Source: Eledone cirrhosa
Lineage: Eukaryota
Reading direction: 5' to 3'
Assembly: GCA_964016885.1 (NCBI GenBank)
Contig: OZ024740.1
Location: forward strand, 162,626,001-162,690,000
Length of the DNA stretch: 64,000 nt
Positions 54,082 to 64,000 of the stretch are shown here, in pieces (the stretch's first letter is position 1; each line of letters begins with the position of its first letter). The position numbers were made by a program, and so were the translations under genes. The notes beneath the pieces were generated by a model. That model searched no databases. It worked only from the letters and a program-made list of their open reading frames with translations, and was not told the origin of the DNA.

Positions 54082-54351
54082 ATGTGAGGTTAAATAATAA
54101 CCACAAAAGTAGTCTTGCAACCAATATGGGATCCTCTATGTGAGAGGGATTGAAAAGCGAATAAGTATTGCCCTTCCTTCGTTGATACCCTGCTATATCC
54201 CATTCAGGTAGCATATGGCCTTTATTATATGAGTGCACACGTACTTACAGGGCTTTATTGTAGCTATTTTGTCGTAGTATTGAGTACATTTGCAGCAAAA
54301 TCAGTTTTAAATATCTCAAAATTACATCATAGCTAGAGCGATGTGTATATA

Positions 54352-54451
54352 CAGGGTGTCTAAAAAATGTATACACACACTTCAACAGCATTCTAATAAA
54401 TATTGCCTGTACAGGTAATCAAAGTGTGTATAAATTTTTGGGGACTGCCTG
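54352..54451. mobile_element. Tc1/mariner-type MITE
   Basis: TA|CAGGGTGTC...GGGACTGCCTG|TA. Confidence 0.6.
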
Positions 54452-54552
54452 TATATATATCAGTGTGTGTGTGTGTTTGTGTGTGTGTGCGTGCGTGAGC
54501 GTTCGTGCGTGTTGCGTAGACGTAGAAAGAAGAAACGAGACCGAGGAATTGA

Positions 54553-54588
<36 letters not shown>

Positions 54589-55019
54589 AACTTCTTCTTC
54601 TTCTGAAACTAAAACAGTGTTGTCATATAGAGGGTGAAGAAGAAGAAGAAGAAGAAGAAGAAGAAGAAGAAGAAGAAGAAGAAGAAGAAGAAGAAAATTT
54701 GTTTACAATTAGTAAATTTTGTAAGTTTTTGCACGGTAACGAATTTCCAGTCCATAAGACAGCCAAACTCTCTTTAATCTGGTCGACTCGTACAAACCAT
54801 TACAGGAAATGTAAACTCTCTTAAGAAATCAGCGCAGAAAGCCAAGATTTGATATTTTTCCAATGTCAGGATGAGGTGTGAAAAAAAAAACATATCTAGC
54901 GATGAACGTATAAATAGAAATAACGGTCTGTGCGTGTGTCTGTGTGTCTGTGTGTGTGTCTATGCGTGTGTGTAATGTGTGTGTATCTGCCTGTGTGTGT
55001 GTGTATCTGTCTATGTGTG

Positions 55020-55072
<53 letters not shown>

Positions 55073-55401
55073 CTATGTGTGCCTGTGTGTGTGCGTGTTT
55101 GTGGGGGGGGGGGTGTAATGTGTGTGTCTGTGTAATTTGTACGTGTGTGTGTGTATGTATGTGTGTGTGTGTTCTGGAAGAGGTGATGGATGAGTCTTCG
55201 CTTTTCAATCCTCTCAAATTTAAAGAACGGCAAACTGGCAAAAACGTTTGCGCGTTAGACAAAATAGTTTGCAGCATTTATTGCGATTCTTTATGCTGTG
55301 AGTTCAAATCCTCCGGAGTGGAACTCTACCTTTAATCTCACCGGAATCGATAAATAAAGTTCTATTTTTATGGCAGTGATATCATTAAAATACCTTGCGG
55401 C

Positions 55402-55507
55402 ATTTGCTCAATGGGCGGGATTTGAACTTCACCATGTACACCATAGTATGTGTTCTAACATACTATGGTGTACATGGTGATGTTCAAATCCCGCCCATTG
55501 AGCAAAT
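55402..55507. repeat. Near-perfect palindrome with arms of about 50 bp, each containing a B-box-like motif
   Basis: ATTTGCTCAATGGGCGGGATTTGAAC...GTTCAAATCCCGCCCATTGAGCAAAT. Confidence 0.85.
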
Positions 55508-55551
55508 CCATGGTATCTGAACCGGTTGAGAGGAGATAATGATATATATAA

Positions 55552-55619
<68 letters not shown>

Positions 55620-56652
55620 GGTATGGTACTAGGAATGACTAGGCAAGAAGAATGGTTAGGAGGAGAAAATTTATTTAGAGTTCATTCCTTAACATATGTT
55701 TCTGTACAATATCAGGTTACTAGCACTGACTGCATAGTCCCGATCTCAAGAAGAAGGAATCCTGCTATGTATTTGTATTGTTAAATTAAGCCGGCAAGAA
55801 TTATTTCCCCTTGAAATTATAGAATTCAATAAAAATATATGGTACAAATTTATTATATATACATAAATATAATCGCAAGCATTACATAAAAACAATGCAC
55901 TTCATCAGAAAGAGTTAAATGTTTATAGTCCAATGTGTGGTCGCTGCATTTTGCAATAAGCATCACTTACAGCTACCTATACGGACCTATAGTCAACTGG
56001 CGCACATATATATAGTTATTTTCGATTTCGACAATTCTGTGTTTCGATTTTCATTTCTAATCAACCATTTTCTTGGGTTTTATGTATGTGATTGAAACAC
56101 ATTGTCATTGTTTTGACGAAAGAGCAACATTTTGAATGCTTTATTATTTATTATATATATAGATAATCCAGAGAAAACACAAATATCGATTAAATAACAA
56201 CTTAACTCAATATGGTGGAGGGAATCGTATCTGAAGGAGGAGCCTGTGAGGTGGAAATGCTGATAGCTGCAGATATCGTTGGATGATTGTTCGTGGCAAA
56301 GATTTTGTCATCTTGTCCACGGGGCATTACTGATACACTGTTAAACACAAGGTATGGGATGTTCTTTTTCTTTTATTTTGCTGTATGTATTTTTAAAATA
56401 AATCCATATATTTCGTCAAATTCATAAATAAGAATCGTAAATTTTTGTTTTACTTAGAATTGAAGGCAAAAGAGAGGGTAGAAATTTGATACAGTGTACG
56501 TTTGTGAAAATTATTTCCCCAATAGTAATTAAAGTATCCATTGTTCCTTTATCACCCAGTGTCTCGCTGGAAAGTCTGCTCACAATTATTTTGTATTTAT
56601 GACCGGAAGAATGTCTATATTCTACCCACACACACACACTCTCTCCCTCTCT

Positions 56653-56691
<39 letters not shown>

Positions 56692-56836
56692 CTTCCCCTC
56701 TCTCTCTCCCTCTCCCTACACAACCAGCCACTCAAACCTGTTTATCTATATATCTATTTATCTATATATTTATCAACTATCCGACCAACTCTCTCTTTTT
56801 TCTATCATTCTTTCTATGTATCTCGTCCCCCCTCTC

Positions 56837-56909
<73 letters not shown>

Positions 56910-58025
56910 CTGTAAGAGTCCATATATTATTCACTCTACCTTTCTCTCCTAAAATGTTAGCGGTCATTTGTTAATATTGTTATATCGTAGCCTCGAGTCA
57001 GCCTATAGGAAGACCTATAGGTAGTCAGCCGAACGACTAGGTTATAAGCCACGTATTCATTTGATGTCACATATAAATTAAAACTCATGTAATACTGAGA
57101 TCTTTTTCGTTTGATGAACAATGTTCAACTTTTCGTAAATTTCTACGCAGATGATAACGAAATACAACATATAAGGCATATTCTGTTTAATAGAGCACTA
57201 TTGGATGTCTTATAAAAGGTTAGCTTCAATGTAGGAAATCATTCTTTTTCCAAAACGTGTATAGCATTCCAGGTTCCTATGCGTTGTGCTGTAGATATGA
57301 GCTCAATATGAATAATATCTCATAATTCAATTGTGCAAATGCTAAATTACTAATTCAAGTGTATTAAATAGAGTGAAAGTGAAAACGGATTTAATTAATT
57401 TGAAAACTATCATTGACCAAATGAATTATTAGAAATAGAGCCAGACCTTCCTCAAACAACTCCCTACCACATCATACGTCGGCTGGTTATGACCAGACCA
57501 GATGCTATATATAACAACTAAAATACTAATAATAATCATTTCCACCCACTCTACTGTTAACATTCCCTAACAATATTTATATCCATATTCTCTTTCTCTT
57601 TCCCTCACTTTCTCTCAATTCCCCCTCCCTCAACCCCCCCCCCTCCTCGTTCTCCCTTTCTCTTTCTCTCTTTATTTAAATCCTCACTCTCTATTTATAT
57701 CTATATATATAATATCCTGTTCTAACTTCATTTTTTATCGTTTTCGCCTGCACTTTATTCCAACAATCCCTCACTCAACAACCTCCACCCTACTTACCCA
57801 ATCTCTGTCTCTAAGTCTCGCCCTACGCCCTAGTCTCACATCTTAAGGACCTTCAACACGCAGAGTGTCTACCTGATCCTACTACTCCTTTTTGTTTCTC
57901 CTGCCCTTCGTAACTCACCCGACACCATTTACGTGTGGTCTTTTGTATATGTTATGAACTCTGTGCTACTCACTGGCGCCAATATGACTGCCTGGTGAAA
58001 GTTACAATATGTATGTATGTATGCA

Positions 58026-58121
<96 letters not shown>

Positions 58122-58169
58122 CGTGCATACATTTACACACACATATATATATATATATACATTCTTTAT

Positions 58170-58300
58170 TAAGGCCAAGTTTGAATCCTGTTAATTCGGA
58201 GTTTTCCAGTGCACTCACAGGATCATCAGACACAGTCTTGCATGATAACCTTGTGAATACACAGGAGAAACTCCAGAGTAATAAGACTGAAACTGGTCTA
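58170..58300. ncRNA. Degenerate fold-back hammerhead pair, same family as 39145-39282
   Basis: Minus strand CTGATGA-T-CCTGTG agtg CACTGG-aaaa-CTCC; plus strand CTTGTG aata CACAGG-a-GAAA-CTCcaGAG-TA. Confidence 0.5.
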
Positions 58301-58318
58301 GTATATATATATTACCCC

Positions 58319-58365
<47 letters not shown>

Positions 58366-58372
<7 letters not shown>

Positions 58373-58744
58373 AGATCCGAAGGCATGGTATAAATTTCCA
58401 ATCATTTTAATCACGACACATGTTTCAATAAGAGATAGATCGATTATGCGGCCATGATCGATTATCACTGATCTCGTCAGGTGAAAATGAATTGTCTTCA
58501 AATCCTTGATATGAGGGAGAAAATTTAACGATGTTCACTCACTAGAGTTTTGTCCCCCATAACTCTAGTGAGTGAACATCGTTAAATATTCTCCCTCATA
58601 TCAAGGATTTGAAGACAATTCATTTTCACCTGACGAGATCAGTGATAATCGATCATGGCCGCATGATCGATCTATCTCTTATTGAAACATGTGTCGTGAT
58701 TAAAATGATTGGAAATTTATACCATGTCTTCGTATCTTTATTTT
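58366..58744. ncRNA. Palindrome of about 380 bp with one complete hammerhead per arm (58411-58484 minus; 58626-58699 plus)
   Basis: TCAC-CTGACGA-GAT...ATCGATCATG gccg CATGATCGAT...ATT-GAAA-CAtgTG-TC|GTGA; canonical GUC site. Confidence 0.8.
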
Positions 58745-59485
58745 GATACAAATACTCCGTTTTACATCATCTAGCTGTTCCCATAAATGGAATTGGAGAT
58801 ATACAAAAGCGTGGAGAACTTAATATTGCTAACAAAAATTTATTGGACCGTATGACACAACCAATAATACACCTTACTATATAACAACTATATATATATA
58901 TATATTACAAATGCTGCTTTCGAAGGACCAACTCCTAAACAAGAAAGGCGAACTGGTAACCGCATGCAAATACAGATTGCGTAGGACTTACCTCGTCCTC
59001 AAATCCCATAACGACCCGGGTGGGTAGACAAGGGCTGATACCCCCCACCTGCCGAATAAGTAATGGGAAACCCCTGCTTACATAGGTAGACGTACCTCTT
59101 TTCTTTTCCTCTACGTTTCCTTCTTCCCCCCGTCTCATCCTATCACTTCCTTCCACCCCCGATCTTCTTCCTCGTCTGTTTTTCCCCTTTCGCCTACCCC
59201 GATGCAGCCCATCGGTCATCTGTAGCCTCAGTACCCCCACCCCTGTAATTTTAAGATAGAATTGGCCGATTACGCTTTATTAACTATTTATAGCAGATGT
59301 GTTAGACTCCTGTAATTTCTTCTTTTTTGTTACTACTCCTATTCTACAATTTCAAAATTTCTTATTTAGTATTTTCTTTTCTCAACTTATTAACCTGTAA
59401 TTGTAAGATAGCATTGGCGGAATACGCTTTACTAACTATTTATAGCAGCTGTGTTAGACCCTCTGAAAAGTTTGCATTATATTTG

Positions 59486-60056
59486 TGGATTGGCAGTATC
59501 GGTAGAGGGTCGGACGCCATGCTTTCCAGCATAGTTACGTCCCTTAACGATCTGAGTTCAAACCCCGCTGAGGTTGACTTTGCCTTTCATCTTTACGGGG
59601 TCGATAAAATAAAGTACCAGTAATACACTGGGTAATTGCTGGCCTTGTGCCAAAAAGTAGAAACAATTATATTCGTGGATTGGCAGTATCGATAGAGGGT
59701 CGGACGCCATGCTTTGCAGCAAAGAGTTACTGTCCTTTATGGTCTGAGTTCAAATCCCGCCGAGGTTAACTTTGCTTTTCATCTTTACGGGGTCGATAAA
59801 ATAAAGTACCAGTAATACACTGGGTAATTGCTGGCCTTGTGCCAAAAAGTAGAAACAATTATATTCGTGGATTGGCAGTATCGATAGAGGGTCGGACGCC
59901 ATGCTTTGCAGCAAAGAGTTACTGTCCTTTATGGTCTGAGTTCAAATCCCGCCGAGGTTAAATTTGCTTTTCATCCTTACGGGGTCGATAAAATAAAGTA
60001 CCAGTAATACACTGGTATAATTGCTGGCCTTGTGCCAAAAGTAGAAACTATTATAT
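59486..60056 (+). mobile_element. Head-to-tail trimer of Meta-SINEs
   Basis: Three units of about 190 bp joined by ATTATATTCG; units 2 and 3 are almost identical. Confidence 0.9.
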
Positions 60057-60514
60057 TTATCACTACCCACCTCTACAATTTCTTATTTAGTATTTTCCAT
60101 TCTCTACTTATTAAACTTTTCTATAGCTTTGCCGTACTAGCAACACCTACTAATTATAGCAGCTGTTTCTAGATACTACTGTTTTTGTTTTTTTATTCAT
60201 TTCTCACTATCTAATTTTTTATATATATATATATTGTTTTTCATTGTCTCCTACTCCCTTTCGACTTACCTATTCTTTAAACTCCCCTCCTCCTTTTGCT
60301 CCAGAACAATTTTTCGACTTTTCATACACTATCCTTAGAATCTGCTGTATAGATTTCACTTTCAACGCCTGACTGGATTTACTCATTCCCTCTTTGTTCT
60401 ACCGGCAAGTTTAGCCACCCTACCTCCCACCAAATGCCATGATAGATTTATTTGTCTTTACAACAAATTTTGACCAATCCTCTTGACAATTACAATCTTC
60501 TCATATAAGGATGT

Positions 60515-60610
60515 ACGCCCTGATAAGTTCGGCTATTTATTTACCAGGCTAAAAATTCTAATTCAGTCTAGAAATAGCCGTCGAAACGGCTTGCGCTCTG
60601 CCATCGGCGT
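60515..60610 (+). ncRNA. Type I hammerhead with long stems and a G8A core mutation
   Basis: ACGCC-CTGATAA-gttCGGCTATTT...AAATAGCCGtc-GAAA-cGGC...GCCa-TC|GGCGT. Confidence 0.65.
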
Positions 60611-60636
60611 CATACCTTTTCCTATATATATATATA

Positions 60637-60784
<148 letters not shown>

Positions 60785-61581
60785 GACGGCGATGAATTTG
60801 TTTTGCGAGGTTTTTGATATGAAATCCTGTGTCGAAACAAATATTGTTATACTTGGAGAGTGTCATATTGTTGTAATAATATTGCCAGAAATAATAACAG
60901 AACACACTCCCTGTTTGGTTGGTTTTCGCTTCTGTATCTTTTATATCTCCACAGTTAATTCATTTGGCCCTCAATGTTTATCATTGACTAAACAACGGTC
61001 AAAAATACAGGTATAAACACATATATATAGTCTAACAAACTTCTTTTGTTGCACATCTGCAACATCATCAGTGGTACTATTGTGTTTCTCCTGTTGTATT
61101 GTATGTCTACGCCATTTTTATTTTATCTGTTTATTTATTTATTTATTTTTGTCTTCTTCTCTGCGCATGCGTTTGCGTGTGTGTATTCGCGTTTGGGTGA
61201 CTCTGTTTTGTTTATTGTATGTTTTGTTTATTCTATCTTAGTTTACTAGTGTGTGTTTATATGTGTTTGTTGTTATTGTGCTTGTGTATATATTTATTTA
61301 TTTATTTATTTATATTTCTCTTAAGTCAGTATTGTTTGTTTGGGTGTTGTTGTTATTCCATTCATTTTTTTCTGTTTAGCTTTGGCCTTTTAAGCTCTAT
61401 TTCGCTTGCCTCTCTGATTTACCTACTTGCTGGGTCATTTCTATGTTTAGATATTATTTTAATTTCTATGTTGTCTATGTTACCGTCATGTTGTTGTCTG
61501 GCGTGTTTGTATAGTACTGAACCGTTTTTTCGTCCGTTTAATTCCCTCCAGTATTGGTCTATCCTTTCTCCTATGCTTCGA

Positions 61582-61625
<44 letters not shown>

Positions 61626-62508
61626 TGTATAATAAACAATACAATATAATTACCTCATTACCAGAGGTTTCCCGAATAAGACGAATACAAGAAAAGTCCG
61701 CATTCGTTCGTCGGACAAGACAATTTAAAACATAGTGAAATATTTGAAAAATCTCCTCAAGAAAGGCAAAAGTTTAACGGGCAAAAAAATATATAAATAA
61801 AAGTAATGCAATAAAATTAGGAAATATAGTTAGGGTATGTGTATAAATGTGTGTATATTCACTCACAAATGTACATATGTGTGTATATACAAATGCATGT
61901 GAATAGTGAAAAAATGTGTGCGTAAGTACATATATGAGGGCAAACATATCAGTGTATGTGTGACCACAAATACGTATATAATATAAGTTGAAAAAGAAAT
62001 TCTAAGATAATAGAGTGAACGTACATCCAGAATCAGGTATTAAGGATTGGAATATATACACATACAAGTATGAAAGCACGCGTATAAACACACACACACG
62101 CGCAACAACATACATGCAAGTGATATATACAGGGAAAGGAGTGTATCAGTCAAAACAGTGTCAGGCTGAAGGTCGATCCATATATAAAAATGAAAAAATG
62201 AAAAATATATGAGAATAAAATATTAAATCAAAAGAGAAAGTAAGAGGGAGGGGTTATCAATTATAAAGTAACACTAGAAAAAATAGAAAACAAACATAGT
62301 TTCGTACATACACATATATATATAAAAATATGTATATAAATACGTACAGACAAAAGCACATACAATCGTACAAACATACAAAGGCGCGCATACATACACA
62401 CGAAGCACATATATATTTATACGTACATGTACATCTAATCACGTGTACGCATGCGACTATATATATATACATACACATATACATACACATACATATACAT
62501 ATATATAT

Positions 62509-62551
<43 letters not shown>

Positions 62552-62790
62552 CACACACATACATATAAGTATGTAAAAAACATAGATATAAAAACACACA
62601 TACACACACACATATACACACACATATACACACACACGCGCACATACGAATGCATTCGTATACATATACAAACACGCATACACACACAAGCACGCTCACA
62701 CGCATAGATACAATATAAAAACCAGCCGTATGAATAAATGAGTACAAATTATACGCAAGTAAACATACATAAAGGCGACTGAGAGACAAC

Positions 62791-62829
<39 letters not shown>

Positions 62830-62830
<1 letters not shown>

Positions 62831-63000
62831 TAGACCACCCGTGACCCGTTGGGTCACGTTCAAAGTTTTTTTAATAATTTACATATACACAGACATGTAT
62901 ATAATGTAAAATGAAATTGGAAGGCCCATATATATATATATATATATGGGGGGGGGGGGAGATCTGTTCCTACATACACCGGTCACAGACACACACACAC
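62830..63000 (-). mobile_element. Helitron 3' end; 5' limit uncertain
   Basis: Minus-strand hairpin CGTGACCC AAC GGGTCACG followed by GGTGGTCTAG|T. Confidence 0.6.
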
Positions 63001-63066
63001 ACACATATATATATACACACACATATATATGTACACACACACACATATATACACACACACACACAC

Positions 63067-63115
<49 letters not shown>

Positions 63116-63520
63116 TATACACACACACAAAGAAACCCTTTCTATTTAGCAGGATGCAGTAGTGTTGTATTCGTTTCTTTGAAGTCACCGGTTGTAATTT
63201 CCTTCAACATCACCACCAGCTTTCTCTCTCTTCCATTTTCCTTCTCTGTCTCCTTCACCCTCCCTCTCTATGTCTATCTTTTAATCTACTTTCTCACAAT
63301 CACTATCTCTTTCTCTCTATCCTTATATCTCTCTATTTATGAAGGTACCAAGAAAACCCCATATCTCGGGAACCTGTAGTCCGATTTACGCGAAACTTGC
63401 TTTATTCCATTTGTATACCCATTACAGGTTCAACTTCCTTTCAAAGTACTTCCCCATCATGCGCCATTTTTGTTGTATTACATTACAGACAATCACGCAA
63501 GCAATCACAGAGTTTTAGTA

Positions 63521-63562
<42 letters not shown>

Positions 63563-63700
63563 TACGGGGGTCGGCTAAAAGGTTCATAGGGTGACCTAGA
63601 TACTTTCAAGAAATGTGAAATGTGACCAAATAAGGTTTGTTTTTCAACATAGTCCCACTGAAACAGTCTCGCAGTCCTCCAATCATTATAAGTCCTTATT
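63563..63700 (+). mobile_element. Mariner-like terminal remnant
   Basis: TA|CGGGGGTCGGCTAAAAGGTTCATAGG...TTTTCAACATAGTC resembles mariner TIR and subterminal sequence. Confidence 0.35.
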
Positions 63701-64000
63701 ATGTTTTATGCTTTGTTTGGAACAACAGCGTTCTTATATCCATGAGTGTATTAACGTGTTGAAGCATTCACGACTCCATCTTCAGAATCAGAATGGTCGT
63801 ATTAGTGGCATGTTTATCACATGCTTGGATATGGTCCTAAAGTATCACGGGTGTGGTTGGAAATCGTGGATGCCTGATAAATAATTTCTCAACAGATGAA
63901 GCATGGAAGTTCTTTTTGGTTTCGTGCATGCTATATCTGTGTGTGAATTTTTATTTTATATCATAATGTTAGTAATATGTTAATATGTCCATAATTGTTT

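Overview
AT-rich, microsatellite-saturated eukaryotic DNA, most likely intergenic or intronic. The SINE families and repeat load suggest an octopus or other coleoid cephalopod (inference). No host protein-coding gene is supported, and most ORF-track entries are artefacts of (TA)n, (CA)n, (TACA)n and (GGT)n repeats. The real coding content is all mobile DNA: (1) a full-length RTE-clade LINE with an uninterrupted 1181-aa ORF (7248-11412, minus); (2) a full-length but frameshifted Tx1/L1-clade LINE with a 16-bp TSD, inserted in (GATA)n (14635-20349, minus); (3) an internally deleted Helitron plus non-autonomous Helitrons; (4) a Naiad-like Penelope element with an open RT+GIY-YIG ORF (42303-44411, minus); (5) R4/Dong- and CRE-like endonuclease fragments; (6) many tRNA-derived Meta-domain SINE copies, several with long TSDs, and MITEs. 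Three unannotated signals stand out. First, about 15 hammerhead-ribozyme cores, several arranged as head-to-head palindromic pairs next to (TA)n arrays and several sharing a U-U pair at the base of stem II. Second, apparent (GATA)n target specificity of the Tx1 family. Third, a set of bipartite RTE-derived mini-elements made of 5'UTR plus 3' end. All alignments and folds were done by eye.
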